From the NCBI GenBank assembly GCA_013239625.1, contig MU053352.1:939079-1003078 (forward strand): a DNA stretch of 64,000 nt. Direction: 5' to 3'. Made by a program: the position numbers and the translations under genes. Positions 1-13,670 of this stretch are shown here, in pieces; position 1 is the first letter of the stretch; every line of letters begins with the position of its first letter. This DNA comes from Lama guanicoe (taxonomy: Eukaryota). The notes under the pieces were generated by a model, which worked only from the letters and a program-made list of their open reading frames with translations, was not told the DNA's origin and searched no databases.

Positions 1-263
1 ATCACACCCATGCGAAAAAAAGAGTTTGATCGTGTGCCCTCAATATATGAATAATTCTTTCTAGATTATACATATGGTATACTACTTCACTTCTGCTTTA
101 CATGATCATGTGCCCTCCTGGGGGGTACTGGTCCCCTTCTTGGAAACGGTAAGGCTAGGGGACAGTGGAATCAACAGCCACAATACCATCACACCCCCTA
201 CCCAACGCAACTTTTCTAGTAAGATATCAGAGAAGAGAGGGGAGCTACCGCACGACACAGTAC

Positions 264-375
264 CTGGGGCGTTAAGCTCACAACAGGCCATAACCTGAAT
301 TTGCTTGGTGCCCAGCCAGAGGATAGCAGGGTAAGAAAACTTGGGCTGGGCTCTCCACAGGGCAGACGCAAGCAT
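264..375 (-). CDS. OSBP2: Candidate alternative first coding exon of OSBP2 (MLASALW...QVMACCELNAP, or MACCELNAP from ATG 291)
   Basis: In-frame ATGs at 375 and 291. Donor CCAG|GTACTG at 263 leaves phase 1, the same as the end of exon 2. CpG-rich DNA and an NRF1-like motif lie upstream. No transcript evidence. Confidence 0.45.
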
Positions 376-920
376 AAAAAGTGACAACCGAGGCTGCAGA
401 GCACTCGCCGGAACACTGATGCTGTAAAGCCGGGTGAGAGGAGAGCTCCTGGAAGGTGGCTGCGACCTCCGCCGTGCGTGGGTGTGCGCGTGCGCAGTGA
501 GAGCGGAGCCGGGATGGCAATGTCTGCAGTGTTTTCACTGCTTCTTTTATATTTCTTTTGCTATCACTGCAATATTTTAATAGCACAGGAAGTCAAGTTT
601 AAGTGAAGAGCGGCAGGTGATTTTACTCGCCAGTTTCCTCTCCTCCGAAACACAGCATCGATTTCCTCCCACGGCTTCCCCAGCTACCAGACGGATGAGT
701 GTGTTGGAACCAGCCCGGCTCCGCTAATGGGGCCTTCTGTCTTCCTGCTCACGAGGCTGCCATCATCACTCTCCCAGACAGCTCGGTGCCCTCCTCGGCG
801 CAAGGGCTGCGTGGGCTGTCACCATGGGCGAGGAGGCATTTTTCTCCCGTGTCGGCTTATCAGTTGATGGCCTTGAGCTGTGATAGCATCTGGGAGACCT
901 TGAGCCCCCCTGCGACGGGA
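370..920 (-). promoter_or_regulatory. CpG-enriched putative internal OSBP2 promoter with NRF1-like site
   Basis: Local CpG enrichment in otherwise CpG-poor intron. TGCGCGTGCGCA at 485-496 matches the NRF1 palindrome TGCGCATGCGCA at 11/12. No recognisable repeat. Confidence 0.5.
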
Positions 921-3900
921 GCACCTCTGTGCAAACCGAAAAGCCAGCGGCACTTCTAGGTAAGTTATGGCAAGGGCTCACATGAGACTATTTGTGGGCG
1001 TGCCTTCCCTTAATCAAGCTGTGCATTTTCTGGTGAGGGAGTGTTAACTGGAACAATCTTTATGGAGGATAACTCGCCAGCAGCATCAAAATGGAAAGCA
1101 TGCACTTGACTTAGTAATCCTTTCTCTAAGACTTTACCCTTAGGAAATAATCACACACTGCGGGGGGTGGGGGTGGGGAGTAGTGGAGGAGAAAAAGAAA
1201 AAGAAGAAAGGGAAAAAAAAGTGAGAAAAGAAAAAGAAACACCTGTCCCAGTGCTTTTCTGGATATGAGGGGAACACTGCAAGCAACCTGAATGGCTAAA
1301 AAAATGTTTAATTAAATTATTGCTGTATCCAATCAATAGAGTATTATGCATCATTAAAAATGGTATTATAGTTATTTGAACAGGTAATGATATTAAAGAA
1401 CTGTTATTTAAGGTGTGATATTGGTCTTGAATTGATCCTTTTAAAACAGCTCTTGTTTTTGAGAGACAACACAGTAAAATGTTTGCAAATCGGTTTTGCT
1501 TTAAAATAATGGCAGGGAGCAGATTAGTGATTGCCAGTAGCAGAGGGAAGGGGGAATAGGGAGTGAGTGCTTAATGGACATTAGGTTCCTTTGGGGGTGA
1601 TGAAAATATTCTGGAATTGGAAGTGATTGTTACACAACATTGTGAATGGCAAAATATCACTAATGGTGAATTTTATGTTATGTGTATTTACCACAGTAAA
1701 AAAAATAATGGAGGGACCAGAAGATGGAGTGAGATGAAATGAGATTGGCCATAAATTGATAATTGTTGAAAGGTGAGCTGTAAGAGCATGGGCCATATGT
1801 GTACATGTGTATATATGTATATATATACATGTATGTAACTTATTAGAAAGTTTCCATAATAAAAAGTGATGCCACAGATGTACGTTTATTGGCACAGTAT
1901 GTCCACAACATGTTGAATTTAAAGAGCCAATATGGGGAATTCCCCACTGATGTGAAATTGTATACCTAGATCTAAATGCAAACACATGCATAAAGAAATG
2001 TTTCGAATGCTGTTCAATAAAGACGTAACAATGATCAATTCTAAGTTAGTAGATTTGGGGTGATTTTTTCCCCCTTTGGTTCATTTTCCAGTATGGTTTG
2101 CACTTTCCTTTTTCCATTTAGTCTTCACAAAACAGTAAAGATTTTTTCTTAAAAGGCAAAGATGTTTAGGAATACTCTTTTCACCTCCAGCATTCTGACA
2201 GAATGGTCCTGGAAAATGGCACATTCCTAACAAAAGCCCCCTGGCTAGCTTGACTCCTGGGGACTTACTCAGTAATAATGCCCTCCACAGTGGCCATCTC
2301 CCGATGGAGGACACCTCTGCCACTGAGGACAGCCCCAACAGTTAGCCCTGCAGCTGCTCCTGTACACATTCATCTGGCCTTGCAGCCACCCCCTGAGGTC
2401 AACTGGGCCAGGACTGGGACTGTCCCTACTTCTGAGATGAGAAAGGGAAAGCCCAGGGACCTGCCCCACGAGGACCCTTCCTGCTCTCAGGAGCCACCCC
2501 CCGGGGGGTTAGGACCTGGCTGCTGGGTGCTGGGCCCTCTGTGCTCAGGAGATGAGATCACTACACAATGATCCTGCACAACTCAGATACCTGCACTGTC
2601 ATTCACAGCTGCATCTCCAGCCCCTACATGAGATCATGTGAACATCAGCAGCGGGAGGGATCAACAGAGTAACCACTGCTGGATGGTCCACTGCAAAGGA
2701 CATAGCTGCTCTCGCTGTGGTCTCTCCAGCTTAGCTGCCCAAAGTCACATGAAATCCCTCCTGACCACTCACGCTCCTGGTAATGCCCTTTGGAAGAACT
2801 TGCTCTTCAAATTTGGCTCTGTGAGGACCCCCCAAATTTATCTGAACGACCTAGAGGTTCTGTACCCAAAGCGTATGGACCAAAGGGGTCACGGTGCCTG
2901 TGGCCAAAGCATCAGGCACCCACTTCTCACACTCATCCTCTCACTCATTCTCTCCCTCTCACTCATTCTCTCCCCCTCCCTCCATCCCTTCCTCCATTCA
3001 CCCAATAGTCCCTGCACACCAAACATACGGACACAATGTTCCTCCTGCCTCTGGGCACTAAGGGCTGGCACATGGGTACAGCCTTGATTCTTCCCATGTG
3101 AGAAGAGACCCAGGATGTGGTGGCCCCTAGAGACCACTGTCACCTAACACAGGCAAGTGCCAACCCAGGCCAAGGTCTGGGAAGCCTTCCAGGGCGAAGA
3201 AGCAACAAAGCGTAAGCCTTTGGAATCTGATAATTACAAAGGTAAGGGCTATTATGCCTGTTAGTTACAAAGGAAGTAATCAGTAATCAGGATAACTGTC
3301 CTGGCAGGAAAATGATGCTTAAAGCATCTTAATGGTAAGAATGCATCAAATGTAGACAAGTCACCTTTTTGTCTACTCTTTTTGGTCTAATGACTCTGAT
3401 CTACTAATCCTCTTAAGAAGACTGCCTCCAACACAAACACATCAGAGTATCTATTTTTCTACTGAAATAAGGGGGCCACCTCTGGGCCGGCTCTTGGGCT
3501 TAGCTGGCAGGCAGAGGGTCCTGTGGGAAGAGGCGAGGTCAGAACAAACACTGCCCTTGCTGCAAAAATCCAACTCAGCTTCTCCAAGAGCCGAACATCA
3601 ATCTGCTCGAATTCTGTACACACACTCGAACTCTGCTGGTGACCCAGTTACCCTGGGCGGCTGCAGCTAGCACTGATTTCTACGAGTCCAGGTCCCTCGG
3701 GGGTAAGCCGCTGCCATCTGTATGGGTCACAGGATCACATCTAAATCCAAACTGCCAATGCCTCTTACACAACATAATACCATCACTTCGCTAAGTTCCT
3801 TTTTGGTGGCTCTTGCCTCTTTGCTAATGTGGATATTTGAGAACTGACTCCAACCCATGCCCCACACTTTACCCTGCAGGCCCCCAGCAAGGCCGAGCCA

Positions 3901-5780
3901 GGAGAAGGTCTCCATCTGTCCAAATTCCTGTGCTCTGTGCCAGGTCTCGCTTCTCTGAGAAGAGCCAGAATTCCCTCCCAGCTGAGGGCGATAACTTCCC
4001 CTTTGGTTTCTTTGGACTCGGAATAAAGCTCAGCCTTCTCTGCTGGAAGCGCACATGTGTCTCCCTTTCTCAGGCCCCACACTCCTTTTTCTCGCTCCTT
4101 CATATTCTCGAGGTTACCTGGGAGAGTACAGGTTCCTTTAAACAAACCTCAGTCAAAAGCATTGTCAGTTTTTCAGATGTGATCAAAGTACCTTGAATAT
4201 GTCAAATAAGGAATCCTTGTCTTTTAAAGCTACATCCTGAAATATTGACGAAAATTCACAATGACACAGGATTAGGGTGGAGACGCAGAAACAAGACCAA
4301 GGTGGTAACTGGTGACAGGTACGTGCGGGTTCCTGAGACTTCTGTCCGCTTCTTTTTATGTCTTAAATTTTCCATAACAACAAAAGGTTAAAAAAAAAAA
4401 ACCCATCCCTGGGGGTTCTGCAGCATCCTTGAGTCCAACTGTGCTATCTGAGGCTTTTACCTGCACCTCCTTCAACTGACACATGTCCTGAGCAGCAACT
4501 CCACACAAGGTGCTGCTGAAGACACAAAGGAGAAGCAACTGGCCTGCCTACCCTGGGCCCTTCATGCCCACCCAAGTTAGAGAGAAATTACTCAGGGTTT
4601 GTATGTGTGTGTGCGAGTGTATGTGTGTGTTGTTTAATCCATTCCAGTCAATGTTTCACTAACTTAACGAGCTCACAAGAGACCTCATTACACCTTCTGC
4701 CCAGATAGGTGGATGGGGCTTCACCTCCCTGGGACCAAGGGATCTGGGGTTTAACAGCTTGAATGTGGCTACGTTTCTCCTTTGTCCTGAGACAAGCACA
4801 CCCCTGTCCGCACACAGCTGCTGGGGACTGAGGATGGAGGAGGTGGCCACAGGAGAAGCCACCACGTCTCAGGACTTGCAGGCATTCTCTGAGGACAAAG
4901 GAACAGTACCCTCCAACAAGTCAGTAACCCCGCATTTCAGGAAGCCATTCCATCAAATGGGAGGAACGCTGAGTGGACCAAGGCAAGATCACCATTCCCC
5001 CAGGTCATATGTATCCCGGCACAAAGGCAGCTGGTTTTCCAGGAGCTGTTTCCAGAGCCAGAACACACCCTACCCCATGCTCCCCAGGGGTTTACTTCCA
5101 CCTCAGGGACCACAGCCAGTAAGGACAGCAGGAGAGCCTTCCAAGTCCTACCTTTTAGAGGATTTTCATTTTGAACTCATAGGACGGCAGGCTGCCCAGA
5201 TGTTCTTTAGGATCAGCGCCTCGGGCTACCAGCCACCCAAGTCCCCCTTACCCCCCTGCTCAAACGCCAGCCTCAGTTGCTCTGAGGGCAGAATCTGGGC
5301 TGCCTGGCATCATTCCAAGTGCCTGGCTGTGATATCAGAATAGGGCTATGACATCAATGTGGGGGGCAGGGCAGCCTGGGGGAGTAGGCCAGGACAGAGG
5401 GAGCCCTGAGGGGCTGGATTAGCCCCCCTGGAAGTAAGGCCCGAGACAGAGAGGTGGCAGCTCTGGGTTCACTTCTTAGAGCCTCCTGGAGCCCCCACTG
5501 GGAGGTGGACCTGAAGACCTTCTAAAAAAATGGTTCACAAGCACTGAGAGGGATGTTGTAAGCCTGCCGACCTGCTGGCACTTGCTAAGACATGGATTTA
5601 TGAGCAAAGTCAGCAAACTAACCGTCCTTTAGCTCCCCCCTGTGTCCAGTGAAAGGATACTCTATTTTCTGAATGAGAGGCTCAACTTCAGACCCCACCT
5701 ATCCAGTGAGTCAGGAGCAGAGCCCCCACGTGGGCTAAGCATCAAGGCCCCCAGGATGCAGCTGTTAAATTAAACACAAG

Positions 5781-5945
5781 GAGATAAAATACAAGATGCC
5801 CTTTACATCTGAATTACAATGAACAAAGTTTAGTATATGTCCAAATGGCTGCATGGAACACAAGTATACTAAAACATTGTTGTGTATTTGAAGTTCAAAT
5901 TAAACTGGGTAACCTGTATTTTTATTTGCTAAGTCTGGCGATCCG
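5781..5945. mobile_element. MER53 (degenerate)
   Basis: agataaaatacaagatgccc...ttcaaattaaactggg..cctgtatttttatttgctaagtctggc, similar to 17596-17842. Confidence 0.75.
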
Positions 5946-8661
5946 AACCGAGGGAGATCTTTTTTTAATGCAGGTGCCCCCCACCACCGCCCCCAGCCCT
6001 CAAGTGTTGCTTTCATTCACTCAGACTTTCTGGGGCAGGGGGACCTGGGAACTTGTATTATTTTAAAGCTGTCCAGGTGACTTTTACCAATAACTACAGC
6101 TGACTTTCCTCGAGCATTTGCCAAGCCATGTGTGCAGTTCGTTTCATGCATTGTCTGAGTCCTCAGAGCACCTCCAAGGGGTGGTTCTATTACGAAGCCC
6201 ATTCTTTAGAGGACAGAATGAGGCAACAGACAGCAAGCCCCTTGTCCAAGGTCACACAGATACTCAGGGAGCCATGGTTTGAACCCAGGCAGGCTGGCTC
6301 CCACTGACTTAGAAATCTCTGAATTAGAAGGACACTGGGATGCACATAATCGAAGCTTCCAGCGGACTGAGAAGCGGGGAATTGGAGGCTCCGGGAGCCC
6401 ATGTTCACACTAACTGTTACACTACCGCAGGCTAAGCCAGGTGGCAGAAAGCAAGCATCTAGCCCAGGCAGGGGGCAGCTCAGGGAGGGTTTCCAGAATG
6501 GCCTCTCCTTGAAGGGCAAGCAGACCTAAAGGGAAGCAGAAGGTGGGAAGGGCGTGGGTGTAAGGAAGAGAGTTTGCAGGCAAGAGGGTCAGCATGCAGC
6601 TGGCGGGGCAGCAAGACGGTGTGTCAATGAGGAGAGGGGAAGCTGGGCAGGTCTGGAGGGCAGAGGAGAGCCAAAGCAGAGGCAGAAGTCAAAACTGCAG
6701 TTCATTTGCAAATTAACATACAGCCTGTAAGAGAGAGGACTTCTCCTGTTTGTTCACTTCTAGGTCTCCCAAGTCCAGGCTGGAAAATACTGGAAAGGAA
6801 AAAAACTGAACTCACCATCTGTTCTGTGTTCCTTCAAGCTCTGGCCTTCCCCAATCTGCCTATGGTTAGTTAACTTTCAGGGTGCTTAGACAGCGGCTCC
6901 ACGCATCCTGTCCAGGTTTTCCAGCTGCACAGAGTGAAGCACTCTTACTTTATCCTACCCAGCACTGGAATCGCACTGTATTTTAGAAGACCTACGCGGG
7001 CTGCTGGAGAGTCTACTGGAAGACTCTCGAGTCTAGACTCCAGGTCAGGTGGCTGAACCAAGGTGGAGGCCACGCAGATGGAGGGCGGCAGGCAGATGCA
7101 AAACTGCTCACGGGCAGTGCTCACAGGCTGTTGTGACGACAGAATGTGAGAGGCGAAGCAGGGCAAGGTCAAGGCTGACACTCAGGTTCACCACTTGGCC
7201 AACTGCCAGGTTTGGAAAGTGACCTAAGACCCTGAAGAAGGCAGTGGGCAGTGGGTCAGGGGAAGAAGCCAGGATAGAGAAGAGGACAGCAGTGGGACCA
7301 GGTCCCTAGGGAAGAGGGAGGCAGTGGTCCCCAGGGTTGGGCACTACTTCAAAGAGGAGAAACATCTTCACTGGAGTCCCACAGGGGCCGATGCAGGGAG
7401 ACCAGTAAGTCTGATGGCAGAGAGCTGAGGTGGTCTAGGCTATGAAGTTCTTTTGCTCCGGAAGAGCAAGGAGGAGGGGAGGAGGCAAGATCCTTTGCTG
7501 GGTGGTGGGAGGCAGTGGTGAGGATACACAGAGTGATGTGGACTTTAAGAACCACTGAGGGATGGGAGAGGAAGCTGGCAGGGGGCCCTCACCAGGGAGC
7601 AGGCATTGATAAAGGCCCAGCAGAAGCCCTGGGTTTGAGGGGGTGCTGGTCTGTCCGGCTAGGAGGGGTTGCCCCAGGACTTGGTTGTGTGACTCAGCAA
7701 AGGGCCCAACCACCCCTGCCTGAGGGCAGAATGCGTGGAACTGAAGGGTCTTCAAAACAGCAGCTGCCTCACTGCCAATAACTGAGTGGCCACCATGCTC
7801 TAGTCACCGTGTTAAGCAGTCTGTACCTGATTTAATTGATTCCCTCTTGACAACCCTAAGAAGCCTTTATCACTGGACACACTTTAGGGTGAGGAAACAG
7901 AGTGGACAAGTGACTTTGCCCCCGTGACTCAGCTAATAAGCGGCACAGCCAGATTCAAGCACAGGGCAGTCTGGCTCCTGGCTGCCCTGCTGTTTAGTGG
8001 AGGACACGTGGGTGTGATGGAAGCTGGACAACCCAGAAGGGACTGAGGGATGGACACAGAGCCAGGCCGAGCAAGGAGAGATAAGAAAGAAGGCAGCTGC
8101 TGGAGGAGCCAGAGAGGTCAAGAGGGGCCCTGGAAGGGGGGCTGCTGTGGTGGAAAAGGGCCAGCCTCTGACTCTCAGATCACTGTAGGGTCCACAGGTG
8201 GCTGTGGGCAGTGTGGGGAGGACAGGGCCTGGTGAGGTCGGGCTCATGGAGCCAGATGTCCTTTGTCAAGGTGCAGCTAACGATGTAAGGGTCTGCCAAT
8301 CAGGGGACAAGGCCTGGAGTTTAAGGACAAGCTCTGTGGCCAAGGGACCCAGGGGACCTGAGGGCTGAGATGGGTGGAGGGCAATCCCAGCAGGGGCACC
8401 AAGATGTCAAGATCTGGATGAACGAATGGCACAGAGAGTCGAAGGCTGGAGGTGGGCACAGCCCTGCATCTTGGTCCCTTCCCCTTCTCATGGGGTTGGG
8501 AGGGTGGGGGACTGCCTAGATGGAAGGTCATTCTCCACTGCGTTCTCTCAGAAGTACCAGATTCTCATGACCCCACAGGCACCTTAAAAAGGCAGGTAAG
8601 TGAGCAAAGGCACAGACACTAGCCAGCCCTACCACAGGACGCCAGGAGGGCCTTGATCCAG

Positions 8662-8676
8662 CCACCAGGTGGCAGC
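8662..8676 (+). promoter_or_regulatory. CTCF core motif
   Basis: CCACCAGGTGGCAGC matches the consensus CCASYAGRKGGCRS. Confidence 0.55.
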
Positions 8677-8789
8677 TGCAGACACCAGATAAAGCTTTCC
8701 ACTGACAAAGGACTTTAGAAGCTACTTAGCTGGCAAATCATTCAGCCCTGGGGTTGTTGGACTCATCAGAACATCAGAAAACTCCACGT

Positions 8790-9013
8790 CCTTCTGTCAC
8801 CCAGACCCACCGCTGGGAGCAGAAGCATCCCTCCCTTACTCCCCTCCCCGGGAGAGAAGGCATCTTCAGAGCACGAGCTCTCGCTTCTCCAAGCCTTGAT
8901 CAATGAATAAAGCTCCCGCTTGGCTATCCAGAACCAGGTTTAATCTGACTGGCATTTGCGACTGCAGACAAAGGACTCATCGAGGGGTCACTGACCCACT
9001 GGGAATCCATAAC
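8790..9013 (+). mobile_element. Probable ERV LTR 3' portion
   Basis: AATAAA at about 8906 followed by U5-like sequence ending ...cataaca. Confidence 0.45.
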
Positions 9014-9102
9014 ACTCCCTCACACGGATTCTTTTAATAACACACGAAAAAGGGCTTGTGAATCTGAGAATGAGAAAGGCTGGTCAGCGCTGCTGTGTTT
9101 GC

Positions 9103-9580
9103 ATTTACTGGGTTTAATTTGGTCTTCTTTATCTAGTTCCTTAAGGTGTAAGGCTTGATTACTGACTTGATGTTTCCCTTCTTTTGAAACATATTTTTTA
9201 TAGCAATAAACTTCCCTCTGAGCACTGCTTTTGCTGCATCCCATAAATTCTGGTGTTGTATTTTCATTTTCATTAATCTCAAAGTATTTTCTAATTTCCG
9301 TTGTGATTTCACCTTTGAATCAGTGGTCATTTGAGTGTTAATTTTTACATACATGTGAATTTTCCAGTGTTTCTTCTGTTATTGATTTCTAGCTTCATTC
9401 CGCTGTGGTCAGGAAAGACATTTTGAATGATCTCAGCCTTTTAAAATTTACTGAAACTTGTTTTTTAGCTTAAAATACAGCCTATCCTGGAGAATGTTCC
9501 ATAGCACTTGAGAAGAATGTGTGTTCCACTGTCGCTGGGCAGAGTATTCTGATATGTCTGTTAAGTCTAGCTGGTTTACA
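9103..9580 (-). mobile_element. LINE-1 ORF2 fragment
   Basis: Minus-strand translation QNLWDAAKAVLRGKFIAI is typical of L1 ORF2p just after the endonuclease domain. Confidence 0.88.
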
Positions 9581-12329
9581 GTACCCAAGAGTTGTAAGCA
9601 GTCTGGTTATATGATCAAATTCCCATTTTTAAAGATATCGTTCTGCCTGCTGTTTGGAGAACTGGCTGCAGGGAGGAGGACAGGAAGGAGGCTTTTGCAG
9701 ACACCCAGCTAAGGGGACGGCACCTGGATTACCGGGTGGCAGAAAAGCTGGAGAGTAAGAGATGATTTCAAGAGGTAAGTGGAGTATGAAGTAGGCTTCC
9801 TGCCAGATGAGAGGTGGTCCACAGTCTAGGAAGGGACAGACAGGCCAAAGGATGACCTACAGGGGTCTGCGTCCTTGACCCAGCTGGTTGCCATTAGCCA
9901 GACTCAAGGAGAACCACACCAGGCAGTCTTCCCCTAGTTAGGGGTACCCAAGGCTGACTCCAAGTGAAAAGTTACAAACCACAACTCTCCAACATCCGCC
10001 TGAGAACTGTGGGAGGAGGGCGTTGCCTTGCAGAGAAGCCACCATAAGTGTTATTTTTAAAGAAATAATCAGGTGGCCCCAACCTTTCTATAAAAGCACA
10101 GTATCAGCTTGAAGCCTCCTCCTTCACATACATTAGTTTATTTGTGCTTCAAAACACCAAAAGGAGAGGAATCTGACCATTTCTCACCAGCACACAGAAT
10201 GTACTACCTTGAATTATACCTGAATGTCTGTCCCATGTCCTTACCCAGAAGGCTGACCCTTTGGGAACACAAGACATGTGCTGCACCTCCAGCCTCTGCC
10301 CATGCCTAAGGGATGTGAAATGAAGGCAGGTCAGCCTGAGGCTGCTCTCTCCGGGGTCCCAACCTCTCCCAGAGAAAGCCCACGCTAGCCATCCCTAGGG
10401 CTGTCCAGTTGAGTTAAAAAGTACTTCCACGCCAGCCTTAAAAGAAACCCTGCCTGCTGTTTGTCCCAGGAAAACTGATCCAGAATGATGAATCCAGTAA
10501 GTGCTACCTGCTACATTATTTTCAGGACGTTCCTAAAAATGAGTTTATTTATTTGCTTACTCATTTTACTTAGGAGACGCTAGTAAGAAGCAGCTAGTTC
10601 TTTCATGACCAGCAATGCTCCTGCTCTTGACCAATGGGACTGTCCTGAGTCCAGCCACACCACTGGCCACATCACTTGCCACAGTAGCTTTCCACAGGCA
10701 TCCAAACTGAGACCACAGGTCCTGCTGGGGATCTCGGTGCAGCCAGGACCTGAGATGCCCCCAAATACCCTCCTTCACTGGGAAGTGGAGTGGTACTCTG
10801 GGGACCCCTGGCCAAGCTCATCATCACTGCTGACACACCAAGCCACACAAGTGCTGACCCCAAGGAATTCATCACAGGGGGACCCATGCTCCAAATGGGA
10901 GAGACTAAAAGAGAAGGTCCAACTGATATTCAATGACCTTCAACGTGCACTGAGAAGCTAGCACTAGGGGAGAGACCCCAATGCAGGCGACTGACATCAC
11001 TAGCTCCTTTGTGCGAGAGCTCCTTCCACAGGACTGTCTCCCAAACCAGCCTAGGAGATAATCCTGGAGACCAGGGGCTGTAACTCCCCTCACCTGGAGC
11101 CCTGCCTGCCTAAAAACTACCACACAAGTCTGTATAAACACACACCTTTTGTTTATAACTTTCAAAAGATTGTAGCTTCCCAGTGCCCCCTCCCTGTGTG
11201 TGGACACAGTTTTCAACCATCAGAAACATCTGCTGTCACTCTGGGTGGGCAAAGCTCTGACGAGGTTGGCACTCTCATACCGGCTGCAGGCATCTAATGG
11301 TGTGACCCCTGTGGGAGGCAACTGCACAATGTCTCTGAATTACAAATGCAGGGTCCCACTGACCTAGCAACCCCACTTCCTGGGACACACACTTCATTTA
11401 ATACTTGTACACACATGAAATGAAACGCCAGGTCACTCACCACAGCACAGCCACTCATAGCAAATTAAAGAAACAACCTAAATGTCCATCAACAGGCTAC
11501 AGGCTATGTAAACTAGGGTACAACCATACAAGGAAGTACTGTACTACTGTAGAAACACGGCGGAAGCTTTTTACGTACTTATAGGGAAGAAAAATCCAAG
11601 ATACATTATTGCTAAATGGAAAAAAAAAAGCAAGGTGGAAGACAGCATTTATTTTAAAGTAAGTGCCTACTTGAATATATATGCAAAGACACAAGACGCT
11701 CTGGTTGCCTAGGGGTGGGAGAACCAGGTGGGCAGCGAGGGTATAAGAGTCAAGGGCAGGCTTTGCTGCGTATGTTTTTGAAACCATTGGTTCATGAATC
11801 TTATAAAGACATTACATATTAAAAAATAAACAAATTAAAGTAAAAAATAAAATGTCTTGCTCAGGACTTCTGAGCTGACCTTCCATCTTGGCAAAGGCAG
11901 CAGCTCTGGTTAAACAGTTTTTAACCTGCAAAATGGACCTCAGAAAAAGTCTAGCCTGAGGGTCAGGGGTACCACCCCGGTCTCCACCCCAACTGCTGCT
12001 GCTGCAGCTGACCCACTGCAGCCTCTGAAGGTTCTGCTGAAGCCCAGGAATCAGATTTGTGCGAAGAAGGGTGCACACAGCCCAGCCCACCACAAACATT
12101 TCCATCCCAAGAACTGCCAGCCACCCCTACACCCCCGCTGACCACCCAACGTCCTACTGCTGAGGTCGCACGGGGCTGAGTGGGAAGAGTGAACACACAC
12201 TCCGACCTCCTGGGGTTGGTCTGGACTCACCTGGGTCTACTGGTCACCACTTCCCCCAAACGCTTTCAATCCCTACTCTCTCCAGACCCACGACCCTGCA
12301 GGTCCCCCACCATGTCGAGCACTTGCTAC

Positions 12330-12538
12330 CTGAGTGGCTGCTCATCATGCGGACAGCCTTGGCCTTGGCCAGCTCCAGGGCAGTGATCCACTGCTGCCGC
12401 TCCACCTCCGAGCCGGCCTTGAGGTGGTAGGTCTTGGCCCCGCTGGTCAGCACGATACCGCAAGAGTCCTCCGTGTCAAAGTGTGCGGTGGACAGGTTGA
12501 TGGTGCCACGGCAGGTGTGGGCCATTTCACCCTGATTT
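12330..12538 (-). CDS. OSBP2: OSBP2 coding exon 2 (remainder of the PH domain); downstream exons lie outside the window to the left
   Basis: Acceptor ...catcctacag|A AAT CAG completes the AG|A Arg codon from exon 1. Translates NQGEMAHTCRGTINLSTAHFDTEDSCGIVLTSGAKTYHLKAGSEVERQQWITALELAKAKAVRMMSSHS. Donor G|GTAGCA at 12329. 209 nt, ends in phase 1. Confidence 0.95.
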
Positions 12539-13069
12539 CTGTAGGATGCAAGAGAAACGATGGGGTGAGGCTCCCAAACTCAGCAGTTCTGGACTGAGAA
12601 AAATCTCAAGGACTGAAAATAATCTCAGACCCCTGGAGCTGGCAGAGGCCCTGGAGTCAGCACGGGGAGATAATACCTATCGGGACTGACCGGTAGAGGC
12701 TTGGCTGCACTTAGTGGCAGAGGGAGGAGGGTCAGTGTCGGTGCCCCACGTAGGGCACAACAGCTGTGGTCTGAGCCTCTGCAGACACCGGGAACTGGAA
12801 TGGGTGGTTGCTGGGGTCCTGCTAGACAGCGCAGACCTCTGACTCCATCCCAGACTCTTTCCACAAAGCCTCAGAAACACAGAGTTGGAACAGGGTGGGA
12901 ACCTGCCACTAAAACTGAGATTAGAGAGCCAGAACCCCAGGGGGAGGACTTGGAGGTACCCCTGCCAGGAGTAACCTGGGAACCCAGACCCACAGAGCAA
13001 GGATGCCACTGAGACAGGAAGGAAGGGGGCAGGGCACAGCCATGAAAGGAATGACACAGCAGTTAGCAC

Positions 13070-13670
13070 CAAGGTGGCAGAAAAGTCAACTCCCAATAGA
13101 CCTGGAGGCCCAAGATGGCTGGAGATTCGACCTCCAGTGGACCTTGAACTTCATTACACACCTTGAGTGTCCTGGCCTGGTGAATGACACACCCACAGGC
13201 GCCATGACAGATTCAAGGCTAACCATGACAGGTCAAAAAGAGGGTGAAGGCCCAATTCCTGAGAGTCTCCACCCCTTCCCCAAAGTAGTTGGAATGATTT
13301 TCCTACTTATTAGCATATGAAATTACCAAGCCCAGTTGACCCTTGAACAAGGTGCATAAGTGGGTGGTGGAGGCTGGGGGATGGAGATGGAAGCCAGGCC
13401 ATTCTGTGAAATCAGGTGTGAAATAAAATTCATATTTTATGGCAAGACAAAAAACATTAAACATAAAAAATTCATCTCTGCCTTTTGGCTTCCTCTCTCC
13501 CCTCACTGTGCACTGTGTTTCTGCATTACACACCAACCAAACCTCCCCCATTGGCAGGAATACCTGGTCAACCATAAAGAGCAACATTCTTCTAGCATCA
13601 ACTCCTTAAAAGATAACATTCCTTCCTGATCTTGTAAGGGGTCACATGATCCACCAGGATGAGAACTGGA
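13070..13670. mobile_element. ERV LTR-derived sequence
   Basis: cccaagatggctggag...gacacacccacaggcgccatgacag...ctccaccccttccccaaagtagttggaat...attagcatatgaaattacc resembles ERV1 LTR U3. Boundaries approximate. Confidence 0.6.

Noticed and set aside
4759..5343. 194-aa plus-strand ORF in the OSBP2 intron
   Set aside because: Non-ATG start, no recognisable domain, and no supporting exon structure.
10570..11220. Possible ERVL/LTR-derived segment
   Set aside because: It looks retroviral, but I could not define termini or family without a library search.
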